Origin: Octopus vulgaris
Taxonomy: Eukaryota
DNA length: 64,000 nucleotides
Assembly: GCA_951406725.2 (NCBI GenBank)
Contig: OX597824.1
Location: forward strand, 38,440,001-38,504,000
Reading direction: 5' to 3'
Made by a program: the position numbers and the translations under genes. Shown here piece by piece: positions 16,285 to 31,110 of the stretch. Each line of letters opens with the position of its first letter. The stretch's first letter is position 1. Below the pieces are notes generated by a model, which saw nothing but the letters and a program-made list of their open reading frames with translations, was not told the DNA's origin and did not search any database.

Positions 16285-16950
16285 AGAAGGTAGTGTGGAC
16301 TGAAGTCATGAGAAATAGGTATTAATGGCCATACAAGTCTTTATTACTCTCCACGACCATAAGGCTATCACTAAACTGTTTCTAGTCCTGTCAGCAGAAA
16401 GAAAAGTAATAAGACTAACTTTAAGATAGCAGAGTTGCTATACGTATGGCAGCAAAAACAACTTGAGCAAGACAGAAAGAAAGAGGAAGGCAGCAGAGAT
16501 ATCAGCCGGTCTTCAAATGTTCAGCAGTTCACTACTGTATGTAAAGCTGTGAGCCCTTGTATAGTGTTTTAAGTTTTTGCTCATATTCTTATATTATAAC
16601 TAGCAATCCAATTAATATTGATACTGTTTTTATGTCCACGACTCCCCACCTTTCTACATTCTGTTTGTTTCAACTTTAAAAATTTTTGCACTTTGACAGT
16701 TCTACATCTTCCATCAGCTGACCAAGTCACTGCCCTAAAAGAGGTGTTTTTCGTTCCTGCCAGTGATTAGTATATCGACCTTTTTCTTCTACTAACAAAA
16801 GCCATTGTCCAAGAAAATTTTATCCATGTCATGCGCCATATTTACTGCATATTTATACTATTTCTCATTCACTTTCATGACGAAAGGGCGCCATATTTTG
16901 AAATGAACATAGCTGCAGATTCCACCGTGTCTATGACAGTTCCGTATTCT

Positions 16951-17182
16951 TATTTCTTTATTGCCCACAAGGGGCTAAACATAGAGAGGACAAACAAGGA
17001 CAGACAAAGGGATTAAGTCGATTACATTGACCCCAGTATGTAACTGGTACTTAATTTATCGATCCCAAAAGGATGAAGGGCAAAGTCGATCTCGGCGGAA
17101 TTAGAACTCAGAACGTAACGGCAGACGAAATACGGCTACGCATTTCGCCCGGCGTGCTAACGTTCCTGCCAGCTCGCCGCCT
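16951..17182 (-). mobile_element. SINE family B (B2 tail) with 15-bp TSD
   Basis: ACAGTTCCGTATTCT (16936-16950) and ACAGTTCTGTATTCT (17183-17197). Confidence 0.9.
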
Positions 17183-17520
17183 ACAGTTCTGTATTCTGCT
17201 GTTTTAATGTCGGAGGAGACCATCTCGTTCTCGGTTGCAGAAGCAGAAAACAACGAAGCCCATTCCGAACATCCTAGTCATTGGAGAAACGGAAGCTGGG
17301 GGTGGGGAGTGGCTATAACAAAGAAAAATAGACAAAAATAAAAAAAAAAAATCAGCGAGCGGGGCAAAATTATATGTAAGACACATGAAGAAGACCCCAC
17401 CCCGTTCAGCGAGAGAAGATGAAATTCACGATCCAGAGGGAGATCGATATGTTTTTGTGATTAGAACTGAAATTACGAAGATGTAGGGAATGAGTGAAAA
17501 GAAGAGAATTTAATGCTTAT

Positions 17521-17584
<64 letters not shown>

Positions 17585-18363
17585 CAAACGATCAAGAGGC
17601 AGCCAAACGATATGAAGGAGGTAACCCATAGATAAAGAAGGCATCAGTAATTTACAAAAGCCTCAAGGAATCCTTGGACGTTTTTTAACAAGACCAACAC
17701 AAAAATGCTTATGGGCCTTTAGGGTGTATTCAGTTTCAACAGAATGAGTATGAGATATGAAGAATTGGGAGGTGCTCTGATCTGACGTAGTTGGTCGGTC
17801 TTTTACCAATCTTTTGATGGATTATACAATTTTTTTATATATTCAAATTACGTAGTCCTTTATTTCTACTTTGCTTTATATAATCATAAATTTATTCTGG
17901 TTTCTATAATATATACCAAGTTTTCTGATATGTTCATTGTATATAGCTTTGTCGATCGTTTTCAAATGAAAAAGCAGTGATAGGTCGGTTGTCCGATACA
18001 TGAGTCGCAGTTATCCGATTTATGATACAAGAAGTTGTATGGTATATCATACTAGAAGTTGTCTTGTATCATATACTACTAACAAAGGTCGAACGACCAA
18101 TCTTGTTCTGGAATACCATGACAGACATCTCACTTGCCAGTGTTGATGTGAGACTAGATTGGTATTTTAAACACACGCTGGGATTGTGTGGAAGTATTCA
18201 AACGGGGAATGCAAAAATTTCTTAAACATCATCCGATACTTACACCTCTCAGATAGGAATCGAATGGATTACCGTTATACACCATTGTGACTTGGGCAAA
18301 AACTAACAAATCATACAAATGGCAATTGAATAGAGCTTTCATTAAGTTCTTATAAACAGTGTA

Positions 18364-18867
18364 CCGTAAATCCTTGAGTATAATCCGCATTTTTTTCCAA
18401 AAATTTAAAGGTCAAAATCCCTAGTGCGTATTGTACACGAGGTTGAAAATGAAAATTATTTTCTAGGCAATGTTCGAGTCTCTATTTGCTGTCCGGCAAT
18501 GTTTATTCATACGCATTTTGTGATGTCGGGCGCGAAAATACCTTAAGCTAAGCCTGAAAGTCATAAAGGAATCATCCATAACTTGCAGTAAGCAACATTT
18601 ATTAAACGTTATTACTGTTATTTCTTTATTTTCTGCAAACAAAATGCACAAAAATGCTGCACGTTTGCATTATGTTATATATACAATAATAATAAAGGAC
18701 GTTACCGTATACATTTTTACAAACCAAGGACGTTATATAGACCTCCTTGACTCAAGTTAGAGAAGGGGTGCGTATTATACACAAGGTTTGGGTTTTACAG
18801 AGGTACAGTCCCCTAAAAATCCACTGCGTATTATACTCAAGGGCGGACTATACTCAAGGATTTACGG
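18364..18867 (-). mobile_element. Tc1/mariner-pogo-type MITE, same family as 10958-11477
   Basis: TIRs CCGTAAATCCTTGAGTATA / TATACTCAAGGATTTACGG with TA flanks; the internal sequence is the inverted homologue. Confidence 0.85.
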
Positions 18868-19609
18868 TATGACTTTTTGTACTATTCCAGTATCGAGCGG
18901 TTACTAGTTGGTTAAGTTGATCATAAAACTGTGACAAGTATGGTAAACATAAGACTTCTAGAAGAGGTGAACTCTACTGAAATATAGAGCGAAAAGCGAA
19001 TATTGTGTGATTGGGAGAACTCGTAACAATAGTATATGTATGTGCATTTATGTATGTATGTACGTGTGTGCGTACGTGTGTGTGTGTGTGTGTGTGTGAG
19101 TTTATGTGTGTGTGTGTGTATGTGTGTGTGACTAGTTTGAGGGAGTAGAGGCGGTCGTTGTTATGGTGATACAATAGAGAGATTAGCCATCGTGTGTGTC
19201 TATTGACAGAATATTCACATTTACATACGGTTTTTCAAGCATATATATATATATGTGTGTGTATGTGTGAGCGTGTGTGTCTGTATGTTCGTCTATGTGT
19301 ATGTGTGTGCGTTATTTTGTGTATTGAGAAACAGTTGGAGAGAGTGGGGAGAAGGAGGAGGAAGGACAGCAGAGAAACAAGAGACAGAAAACAATATTGG
19401 AAAAAAAAAAAGGAAAGAAAAAAACAAGGTGGAGGGTGAACGGATAAGGTATTATAAAAACGAAAATAACTTTCACCAGAGGTCGTTTACCTTTCTGAAT
19501 GTGGACTGATCGATCATACAAAACTGAGAGAAACACTATTAGATTGTATATCAGTACACAGTATACATACATATATGCGCACGTGCAAACAAACACACGT
19601 GTGATGTAC

Positions 19610-19675
19610 ACATATATATATACATATAAGTATATATGCATATATACAGACATATCCGTATATATGTATATATAC

Positions 19676-19745
<70 letters not shown>

Positions 19746-19835
19746 CGTATATATACGTATATATATATATATATATATATATACAAACATATATAACATG
19801 TATATATCATATATATCTAAATCTATTTATCTATC

Positions 19836-19896
<61 letters not shown>

Positions 19897-20020
19897 CCTA
19901 TCTATCTATCTATGTCTGTCTGTCTGCCTCTCTGTCTCTGTCTCTCTCTCTGTCTCTCTGTCTCTCTCTCTCTCTCTCTGTACACACACACACACACACA
20001 CACGCACACACATATACACA
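19610..20020. repeat. Compound (TA)n/(TCTA)n/(TC)n/(CA)n microsatellite
   Basis: Directly visible. Confidence 0.95.
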
Positions 20021-20239
20021 CATATTCAGAATTGAATAGTTATACCGAAATTATTATTTTTATTATCTGTGGTAATATAAATAGTTGATAATAACGACAA
20101 CAATAATAGGTGGTTGCGGGCCTAAAATAGCATTAGATGGCTATAGAATTAAAATATATATCAATCATAAGGGCACACAAGGCGCCTACCTGGTTTTAAC
20201 TCCTTTTTCTAGCAGATAGGCGTCTTGTGTACCCTTATG

Positions 20240-20279
<40 letters not shown>

Positions 20280-20599
20280 ATATGTATGTCTGTGTGTATG
20301 TATGTATAACAAACATATGCACGCGAACGCACACACACACACACACATCACACACATACACACACGCCCCCCCCCCCCCACACACACAGAGGAGCATGGA
20401 CAGTTTGATAGATAATGTATAGAGAGACGGTGAGCAAGTTATTGAATTAAGTGAAAGGGTGGAGGTGCATTCGCGATTGATGGTGATGGTGGTGTTGGTG
20501 GTGTTGGTGGTGTTGGTGGTGTTGGTGGTCGTGGTCGTGGTTCTGTAAAACCTCGTTTGGTTGGTTTTCGGCAATTTCTTTTAATGGTCAGTTGGCCTC

Positions 20600-20709
20600 T
20601 ACTACTACTACTACTTGTAGTAATAGTAGTGGTGGTGTTGGTGTTGGTGGTAGTAGTAATAGTAGTAGTGGTAGTAGTGGTGGTGGTGGTGGTGGTGGTG
20701 GTGGTGGTG

Positions 20710-20753
<44 letters not shown>

Positions 20754-20787
20754 GGTGATGGTGGTGGTGGTGGTGGTGGTGGTGGTG

Positions 20788-20848
<61 letters not shown>

Positions 20849-20850
20849 AA
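20600..20850. repeat. (GTA)n/(GTG)n microsatellite
   Basis: Directly visible. Confidence 0.95.
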
Positions 20851-21757
20851 GAAGAAAACAATGTGTATTAAATGTATAGGTGATTAGGCACTGAAGCCTA
20901 AAAGCAATTACATATTTTGCTGATATTCTAAGGCTGTGCCGAAAGTATGGCAGTATCATGTAGTTATGTTATATAAGTACATTATAGAAAAGTAGTGTAT
21001 TTGTAGTCTTGTGTTGTGGTTCATCATAGAGGCATTTAGTCCTAGTCCTACAATCTGGCCCTCTTACCTTTCCAACGCTCTCATTAAAGAAAGGAAATCT
21101 TTATTATACAAGAGTTTATTGTAAGTATATCTAATATATGTAACCGAAACACTGGTAACTCATTATTCCACTACCTATCACATCCTCCCTAAGTAAGTCA
21201 TACCTCACTACCTTACACTGCGTTTTATATCAATCACCCCTTTGAAGTAATGATATAATCAGTGTGAAGGAGAAGGAAGAGAGAGAGAGAGAGAGAGAGG
21301 GGATGAGAGAGAAAAAGAAAGAAAGAGAGGAAGAGAGCGAGGGAGAGTTGTTGATTAGCAGATAAGCGTATCGTTTGATCTTCTTGCTGTATCGTTGTCT
21401 AATAATAGTTCGCTACATCAAAGTTGACGTCAGTTGATTTTAGTCTTGATCAAGCAAGTTTCTAAATATACATTCGATCTGCTGAAAATAGCAGCCAGAT
21501 CTCTCGCAAATCACGCTGACCCATCTTAAGTAAAGGATACACTGGACAATGTAGTGTCTGATATGCAAAAATAGATGGGATGGTCAGGAGTGGAACTCTT
21601 CGCATGATCGGTCCTTTCGATCAGAATTTGCTTTGAATCAATGAAGGAATGCTTCTATGTGGTTTTCGACTGCTAGAAACAGTAGTCAAATGTCAAAATC
21701 ACATGATATCATTTTCAATAGGAAAAAATACATTAGACTTCAGTGTACGCATTGTAT

Positions 21758-21826
<69 letters not shown>

Positions 21827-21832
21827 AGGGTA

Positions 21833-22146
21833 AAGACACCCATCGGTTATGAATGACCATAGAATTGCACCTAGAAAGTTACCCTCTGAAGCACAAGTCT
21901 GGGCAAAGTTGCTTTTATGGGAGTCCGGCATACTAACTTCCCATGCATACTAACCTCCCCTCTCCACTGATGTTATCCAAAGGAAAGGCAAAGGCCGATA
22001 CAGCTTGGCACCAGTGACGTCTCAACTCATTGGAACAAAGTGAAATAAAGTGTCTTGCTTAAGAACACAACACACAGCCCGGTCCAGGAATCGAACTCAA
22101 TACTTCATGATTGTGAGCCCGATGCTCTGACCTCTGAGCTATGCAC
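21833..22146 (-). mobile_element. SINE family D copy (tail as in 59863-60196)
   Basis: The reverse complement matches the head (GGTTCGATTCC-like box B) and tail (GGGTAACTTTCTAGGTGCAAT...GGTCATTCAT) of 59863-60196. Confidence 0.8.
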
Positions 22147-22882
22147 CGTGTCCGAGTGAAACCAATTCCTAAACTCAGTAAGTCCTTGCAAACGTTATTA
22201 GAGACCAAGAAGTACCTGTGCATGAATTTGTTTTGGATGGCTAAAGAGTTGTACATAACTGAACCCACTCGTCAACGCAATAAGTTATTAAAAAAAAGCA
22301 GTGACGCAATAGAGGTTGGGACGACCAGAAACAAACTGCATTTCAGTTTTGCTTTTTGTACGAGTTCACCTTCTCCTAGAAGGAAGTTCTAACAAGTACT
22401 AGGTGTCTTCCAAACACACATACTTGTTAACCAATAGCTAGGACCCTAACAGGTGCTAGTTAAGGGGTGGTTGGTTCCACATTCACCAGAATACTGGAAC
22501 TCCCGTACAAGATGCAGCTTAATGTTATACGCAGGACACACACAAATACTCTCTCTCTCTCACACAAATACACATACACACATACACACGTACACACACA
22601 CCAATACACACGCACATGCACACACATATATGTATATATGCATATATATATGTGTGTGTATGTGTGCGTGTGTGTGTGCGCGCATGTGCGTGCGTGTGTG
22701 TGTGTGTGTGCGTGCGTGTGTGTGTATATGTGCGTGCGTGTGTGTGTATGTATATGTGCGTGCGTGTGTGTGTGTGTGTGTGCGTGCGTGTGTGTGTGAG
22801 TGTGTGTGCGCATGTGCGTGTGTTTGTGTGAGTGCGCATGTGCATGCGTGTGTGTATGTGTGCGTGCGTGTGTGCGTGCGTG

Positions 22883-22920
<38 letters not shown>

Positions 22921-23711
22921 TGTTTCTGTGCGTTTTTTAGTCCTTTAGTTTCCTAAACTAAAAAAAAATAAAGTTTGCTTTGACAACCAAATGGTTCCTG
23001 CGTATGATCCCCTGATTTTTTATCCCTCCCGATGCTTGCAGTGAGCAAATCAGTACCAGGTATCTACTAGCAATCGATTACATCGATCTTATACAATGCC
23101 CCTTTTTTTCCCTTACAAAATGATATGTGGCCCTGTGCCAATCTTAGAAGCCGATAATACAGTTATCCCTTTTATTTTCTAATAATTCCAGTTTCATTGA
23201 GTATGATGATAGAAAATGTTGAAAAACCTGTCAAACAAAACAAAATGAAATAAGATAGAATAACACAAAACAAAAAGGAATCTTGTGGAGTTCATTGCTA
23301 TGACAACAAGCAAATGTTACGTCAATACTTTTCCATTCAAGAACCTGTCGATGCCTATTGGTTTCAATCTGTCATTTAATTAGTCTTTCCATATCGTTGC
23401 GGCCGCCATTGCTATTGCCGTCGGCACTACAGCAACCACTGCAAAAACCAGCACCACTACCACCATCGTCGCCGCCACCACCACCATCAACATCAACATT
23501 TTCATCCTTATCCTCATCACTGTACTCGCCGTTATTTGTTCTCCCCTTCCTCATCATAGTCATCCTAACCCCCACCACTACCACCACCATCACCATCATT
23601 ATCGCCATCATCTCCACTACAATCTTTACAAGTATTTGTACATCGTTTCGAATTTGGTTGCAGCAAATCAGTGGGGGTGGGAGTGGAGTATCTGGCGCAG
23701 GTCGCAACATA

Positions 23712-24099
23712 GTAGTAGGAGCACTCCGTCGGTTACGACGATGAGGGTCCCAGCTGATACGATCAACGGAACAGCTTGCTCGTGGAATTAACGTGCAAGT
23801 GGCTGAGCACTCCACGGACACGTGTACCCTTAACGTAGTTCTCGAGGAGATTCAGCGTGACACAAAGTGTGACAAGGCTGGCCCTTTGAAATACAGGTAC
23901 AACAGAAACAAGAAGAAAGAGTGAGAGAAAGTTGTGGTGAAAGAGTACAGCAGGGTTCACCACACCCCCTGCAGGAGCCTCGTGAAGCTTTAGGTGTTTT
24001 CGCTCAATAAACACTCACAATGCCCCGACTGGGAATCGAAACCGCGATCCTACGACCGCGAATCCGCTGCCCTGACCACTGGGCCATTGCGCCTCCACT
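23712..24099 (-). mobile_element. SINE family C with 12-bp TSD
   Basis: Homologue of 3828-4209; GGTCGCAACATA at 23700-23711 and 24100-24111. Confidence 0.9.
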
Positions 24100-24827
24100 G
24101 GTCGCAACATACCCCAAGCTGAGTTAAAAGCATATTGCTTTACGTTTTTGGATAAACACACCACACAGATAGTATACGGAGGTTTGGAGATCCCTTCAGT
24201 CACTTTGGAAATTTCCCGCCTTCTCAAACAAGTTCAGTGGTCTTCATCTAATCTTGCCACAGGCGTATTGTGCGGAACAGTGAGAGTAAGCATGATATGC
24301 ACATTGAGAAATCAGATAGACCAAATTACAGCATCATGTATTTTAAGAACTTTTGAAGGATCATATGAACAGAATAGTCTGAATATTTCTGAAGGAATTC
24401 GCTCTCAAAGAGATGATATTTTATTTTTGTCGTTTTCCTACCTGAATCGGCCTTGGTCTTCATATTTTCGGCGTCGATAAATAAAAGTACCAACTAAGTA
24501 ATAGAATCGATTCACTGAAATGTTCCAGGTGTCTAAAACTTTACCCTTTTGCCTTATTCTAGAAATCTCTTTAAACTAATATTTGCTCTATGAGGCTTTT
24601 TGTTGTTTAATCCCCGGGATCATCCCTTGTTGAACGTGCTTATTATCAAAGATGTTCCGTCATAAGCATCTTGTTATCTTGTACCCCAGGAACAACTTAA
24701 TTCGTTGTTAGGTTTGATACCACCACCCGGTCATTGGCTACCTTTAAGAAATTTTGTTACAAACATTCGCACCAGGCATCCAGTCTAAAATTATCGACAA
24801 AAAGAATAAGTACTACATATATATAGT

Positions 24828-25071
24828 AGAGACGCGTGGCTTAGTGGTAAGGGTCTCAGCATCATGATCGTAAGATTGTGGTTTCGATTCCTGGACCGAG
24901 AAACGCGTTGTGTTCTTGAGCAAAACACTTCATTTCACGTTGCTCCAGTCCACTCAGCTAGCAAAAATGAGTAACGCTGAGATGGACTGGCGTCCGTCCA
25001 GCTGGGGAAAACATACGCCACTGAAGCCGGGAAACCGGACCCATGAGCCTGGCTAGGCATTAAAAGGGCGC
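24828..25071 (+). mobile_element. SINE family D copy (tRNA head, alternative tail)
   Basis: Box A TGGCTTAGTGG and box B GGTTTCGATTCC, then TTGTGTTCTTGAGCAAAACACTTCATTTCACG. Confidence 0.8.
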
Positions 25072-25074
25072 ATT

Positions 25075-25123
<49 letters not shown>

Positions 25124-25629
25124 AATATATATATGTATAAACAAACTAATATATCCTTCTAAGACAGTAAAGTGCCACTTGAAATGCATACAGGGGTTAT
25201 CTACAGAAAATTCAGCTACAGCTTGAGGGTAGACACATTCTTTCATAGGCACCAATCGTTTAACGGTTTCATTCATTCATAGCAATACCGCTGTACAAAA
25301 CCACCATTAGAGCATATGTAAACCTAACTTCCACACCATAACAACTGTTTTCTTCTGATACTGAATATATCGATATAATTATTTTCTATGGAAGCTTCTA
25401 GTAAGTAAGTGTCAGCGTCATCTTACAGTTTTTTTATAGCATTGCAACGGATTTCCTCTCTTCTAGTTGTGGCTTTATCGACATCTTTGTTTTGTTTTTA
25501 ACAAATCTGGTTTGGCTGGGATTTAAGAGTAAAAAACGCACGAAAGTCTTTTTTTTTTTTTACATGGTTCATTAATATCATACTAAATGAATGTTACGTC
25601 AATACATCGATTTGGTTATATATTTATAT

Positions 25630-25683
<54 letters not shown>

Positions 25684-25691
25684 TATATATT

Positions 25692-25749
<58 letters not shown>

Positions 25750-25777
25750 TAAATAGATATTTATATACACATATAAT

Positions 25778-25830
<53 letters not shown>

Positions 25831-26716
25831 GTATTTATGTGTTATGTGTGTGTTTATGAATGTATACATATGTATATGAATAAATCAAGATACTGCAATG
25901 AACGCATGTTCTGACATGTGTTTATAACTTTACATTCATGTAATTATGCATGTATAAACAGTACATGGCATGTATATGCACATGTGACATAAATAGAAAT
26001 ATGTGCATGTGTATGCGTGCGCTCTTTCTCTCTCTTTCTCTCTCCCTCTCTCCTGTATATATATATATATATATGTGTGTGTATTAATTATTAATACAGT
26101 AATTGACTACATAATGTGTTTGCATAACTTCATTTGTAATATAAGCTAAAAGATACACCTGCTGTCCATAAATATACAATTTTCTCCAGGCTGTGACAAG
26201 TAAATGAAATGGTTACACAACAGGTTTTAGCCCTTCGTAGGTCGTTTTTAGTTCATTAGTGAAAGAATATCAAAGATATTGCCAATACATTAACTAAGAA
26301 CACTAGTGTTTAAAAAGCTTTATTGAAAGCGCTCACACAATAGGAAAAACGGATCTTCCATAAAAGGTTGTAACATCCTGATAAAAGATTTTATAACATT
26401 TAAAAAAAATAATTTTAAAAAAATCCCCTTTATACTTAAAAACTGTATTAAATAAATTTCCACATATTCTTTGAAATATTTGGCCACGTCATGCGCCGGG
26501 AGGGACTTGAGCAAACGATCATAACCGGCAAGGTGAACGGCAGACGTAAAAGAGGTAGACCAGCCACTTCTTGGCTGAAAGTCATCGCTGTCCATGGAGT
26601 AGAGGACAGGAGAAAGTGACAAGACATCGTGATGACCATAGCATCGCATAGTGCGATACCTGACTAGGATGATTATGATGATGATGATGATGATGATGAT
26701 GTTGATGATATATATA

Positions 26717-27989
26717 TTGGGTTGGCAACTAAGTTCCCGCCGTTTTTTTAAATTTTGGAATCTATTTTTTTCGAGTATTCTATTTTTGAATCATTTTGGA
26801 ATCTATTTTGTTTTTTCCTTTTTTCTAGTTAATTTTAGTTATTTTTGGTTTATTTTCAGGTCATTAAAATGGAATGTGAAGTGAAGAAAAACGAGCATTT
26901 TCGACACCTTTTTGTTTTTAATCAAGGTTCTAAGGCCGCAAAAGCTGCTCGTGACATTTGTGCTGTGTATGGAGAGGGTGCCATAGCTAAAGGAACCGCT
27001 CTTGCTTGGTATGCCAAGTTCAAAAATGGAAATTTTGACCTCAAAGACGCACCTCGTTCTGACCATCCAGTTATATTCGATGAAGAGCGATTAAACCAAC
27101 TTTTGCACAAAAAATCTCGTCGAACGACAAGGGAACTGGCAGAGAAAATGGAATGCTCCCACACTGCTATAGAAAAGCATCGTAATTCGATGGCAAAGGT
27201 TCAGAAGTATGGAGCATGAGGTCCGCATGCTTTAAGTGACAACAACAAAAATCAGTGAGCCACAATCTCCGCTGGTCTGCTTGCTCGTCACCGCTCAACT
27301 CATGGACACAAGCAACGATTTCTTTACATATTCATTTGTAGCGACGAAAAATGGTGCCTGTACATCAATATGACGCAGCGTAAGGAATGGCTTAGCCCCA
27401 GTAAACAAGTGACACCGCGCGTGAAACAAGATCTTCATCCGCGTAAAACGATATTGTGCGTATGGTGGACTGGGAAGGGATTATTCATTACGAATTGCTT
27501 GAACGGAACCAAACGGTTAACGCGGAACTCTATGTTCAACAGATGGAACGACTCAACGCGGCTATTCAAGAGAAAAGATCTGATCGGCAGCATGGAGTTC
27601 TTCTGCTGCACGACAACGCCCCACCCCCCTCATATCGCCAATATGATCAAGGAAGCCATTTAAACGCATGGCTGGGAAGTGCTCCCACACCCGCCATACT
27701 CTCCTGATTTGGCACCAGCGGATTTCTACCTCTTTCGATCTCTTTCAAATGCTATGCACGGAGTTTCGTTCAATACTGATGCAGAATTGCGAACTTGGTT
27801 GGATCAATTTGTTGAGTCGAAATCGGGTGATTTCTACCAACGAGGTATTGAAAATCTTATTGAACGTTGGGAAGAAGTACTAAACAACAAGGGTAAATAT
27901 ATTATTGATTAATTAGTTGTTATTTTTTATTAGACCTTTTAAAAAATTTGAATTTTAAAAAAACGGCAAGAACTTAGTTGCCAACCCAA
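26717..27989 (+). mobile_element. Full-length mariner (DD34D) element, mellifera-subfamily-like
   Basis: TIRs TTGGGTTGGCAACTAAGTTC / GAACTTAGTTGCCAACCCAA, TA TSD, 1273 bp. Confidence 0.92.
26869..27912 (+). pseudogene. Mariner transposase pseudogene
   Basis: HTH region (ICAVYGEGAI..WYAKFKNGNFDLKDAPRS), *GPHAL (WVPHEL), SDEKW, LLHDNAP and HPPYSPDLAPADFYLFRSL; several stops and frameshifts. Confidence 0.9.
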
Positions 27990-27999
27990 TACATATATG

Positions 28000-28934
28000 T
28001 TAGGTTGTCAAATATGAAATTTGTAGTATAGGGTATATAGTAAACTTTGACAGCTGCTCATTTTGTACCCTTGTAATATTTTCAAAATCTTTATTTTTTT
28101 GTTAGAAAGCTGACACATCTATTTCTTTATTCAAGATCATTTTGCACTTTATAAAGTATTTATAAATCGGTTTTTGCTATTTTTGATTAGAGATGGATAA
28201 GACGGAAATTCGTACAGTTTTGAAATATGAGTTCTTTCCTGGAAATACAATATCACAGACAGCTCGAAATATTAATGGAGTATTTCATTCTGTTATTACA
28301 TAGCAGATAGTAACAAATTGGTTTTCAAAATTTCATTCTGGTGAACTTTGACCTCACAAATGAGCAACGAAGTCGACCAGAATCAAAAGTGGATAATGAT
28401 GAACTGAAAGCCACCGTCGAGTCAGATCCATCTCAAAGTGTCCGAAAATTATCGTTGTCGTTTGGTGTTAGCAAACAAACAATATTGACTCACCTAGTTC
28501 AAATTGGTAAAGTGAAAAGGTTGGATAAGTAGGTTCCACATGAACACAATGAAAACCAGAAACGCTACGTTTAGAAACCTGCATTATGCTACTTTCTCGT
28601 CACATATATGGGTCATTTTTTAATCGATGAGACATGGATCCAATACAACAACCGTAAACGTTCAGCACAATGGTTGGACGAAGTCGATCCACCAAAACAG
28701 CCCGGAAAGCAAAATTCATCAAAAGAATCTGATGGTGTGTGTTTGGTGGTCAGGCGCAGGTGTGATCCATTATGATTTCACCAAACCTGGCTCATCAATC
28801 ACGGCCGACGTACACTGCAGTCAACTTGACCAAATGATGCAGAAACTTACCAAAGAACAGCCTAGATTAGTCAACAGATCCACTGATATTTTATTGCAAC
28901 ACAACGCCAGACAACACATCGCAAAAATGACATT
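28000..28934 (+). mobile_element. Second mariner (cecropia/Hsmar1-like), 3'-truncated, transposase pseudogene
   Basis: Left TIR TTAGGTTGTCAAATATGAAAT. ATG at 28193: MDKTEIRTVLKYEF..., LDK*VPHE, KIHQKNLMVCVWWS, LLQHNARQH. It is cut off by SINE B copies. Confidence 0.8.
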
Positions 28935-29376
28935 GTACTTAATTTGTTGAACCCGAAAGGATGAAAGGCTCAGTCGACCTCCGCGGAATTTGAACTCACA
29001 ACGTAAAGACAGGCGAAATACCTATTTCTTTACTACTCACAAGGGGCTAAACACAGAGGAGACAAACAAGAACAGACAGACGTATTAAGTCGATTACGTA
29101 ATGACATACGAAATACTGCTAAGCATTTCGCCCGGCGTGCTAACGCTTCTTCTTTATTTCCCACAAGGGCTAAACATAGAGGGGACAAACAAGGACAGGC
29201 AAAGAGATTAAGTCGATTACATCGACTCCAGTGCGTAACTGGTACTTAATCTATCGACCCCGAAAGGATGAAAGGCAAAGTCAACCTCGGCGGAATTTGA
29301 ACTCAGAACGTAACGGCAGACGAAATACGGCTACGTATTTCGCCCGGTGCGCTAACGTTTCTGCCAGCTCGCCGCC
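28935..29376 (-). mobile_element. Nested or dimeric SINE family B copies
   Basis: Two B2 tails and two cores on the minus strand; the head AGGCGGCGAGCTGGCAGAAA ends at 29376. Confidence 0.8.
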
Positions 29377-29949
29377 TAACAACTCGGGAATATTATTAGG
29401 ATTCGTTTAACTTCTGAAAAGCACATTAGTTTGTCGATCACATTCCTTATCATTCAAAGCTGAATTCAAATTCTCCCACTGCGGAAAATATTGGTTTCAT
29501 CGACACTAGTGCTTGTCTGGTACTTATTATTATTTTTTTTTTTCGATTCCGAAAGGATGAGTGGCAAAGTCAGCCTCAGCAGCATTTGAACTCAGAACGT
29601 AAAGACGAACGAAATGCCGCTAAACATTTTGCTCAGCTCATCACCTCACCGCGAGAAGTATTACCTGAGATAAACTAGTACCCTCTCCTAGGGTGATGTA
29701 TCTCTCATCTATTTAATAATACCATAGAAACTGAAGATAAGTTCCAATTCAGTGAACCGTGGAGGTTCATTAAAAGAGGATTAATGAATAAACATTTCAT
29801 GAATAGACAACGAGTTGGGGGAGGAAACAACACCATTAATTCATTCATAATGACATTGTTTGGCATTATAGAAACAATTTCATGTGATACGTGACGATGG
29901 TAACTACAATAATGATTATGACAACGTCTTTGGGGGCGGCAACGATCGG

Positions 29950-29961
29950 GGTTAGTGATGA

Positions 29962-29995
<34 letters not shown>

Positions 29996-30545
29996 GGTGG
30001 TGGTGATAGTGTTAATGGTAGTGGTGATAGTGATGGTGATGATGGTGATAGTGGTGGCAGAAGTGGTGATAGTTATGATAATGATGACGGTAGAGTTATT
30101 GTTGTTGTTGGTGGTTGTCCTGGTGACGATGGCGGCAATGATGATAATGAGGAGGTGTTTATGGTGGTGGTGGTGGTGGTGGTGGTGATGGTTGTGTTGG
30201 TGGTGATGATGAAAAATGATAATGATGACGACGACGACGATGATGATTGATGAGTAGGAGGGAAAAATGCAATTACTTTTAGTATTATTTGCTAATTGTT
30301 AATGCTAGTTATATTATATTTAAGTCGATGTGTAATAGTAATTAGTCATGTTAACTCGTTACTAACACCTGCATCACTATGGCAACCTCCTCCACCATCA
30401 TTACCATTTCCCTAAATACCACCACCACCACCACCACCACCACCACCACCACCACCACCACCACCACCACCACCACCACCACCACCACCACCACCACCAC
30501 CACCACCACTACCACCACCACCACCACCACCACCACCACCACCAG

Positions 30546-30576
<31 letters not shown>

Positions 30577-31066
30577 AACAACAACATTATCCTTATGACA
30601 AAAACGCACCACAGCCGCACGCGAGCCAACGAGTTTACTCGACCTGTTAGAAATAGCTACCAAAATCTTTCTCAATTCTATTAAGAATGTCTTCGTCTAA
30701 AAGAATGGGATCTCAGCTCTTGGCGGGGGGTGGGGATTGTGGCGTAGCGGTGCAGTGGTGACCCTAACCCTAACACTCTCCGAAGAAGAAAAATAAGGGG
30801 ATGGGGGAGAAAGGAGGGGTGAGTATAAGAAGGTAAGGAAGAAGAAGAAAAGGTAAGAAAAGAAAAGGAAGGGGGAAGGAGGAGGAGAAGAAGAAGAGGA
30901 AGATGATGATGATGATGATTAAGATGAAGAAGAAGAAGAAGAAGAAGAAGAAGATGATGAAGATGAAGAAGAAGATGATGATGAAGATGATGATGATGAT
31001 GATGATGAAGAAGAAGAAGAAGAAGAAGAAGAAGAAGAAGAAGAAGAAGAAGAAGAAGAAGAAGAA

Positions 31067-31099
<33 letters not shown>

Positions 31100-31110
31100 G
31101 AAGTAGAAGA
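29950..31110. repeat. Cluster of trinucleotide microsatellites (GAT, GGT, ACC, AAC, GAA)
   Basis: Directly visible. Confidence 0.9.

Noticed and set aside
30762-30773. Interstitial telomeric repeat (CCCTAA)2
   Set aside because: Only two units, which is expected by chance.
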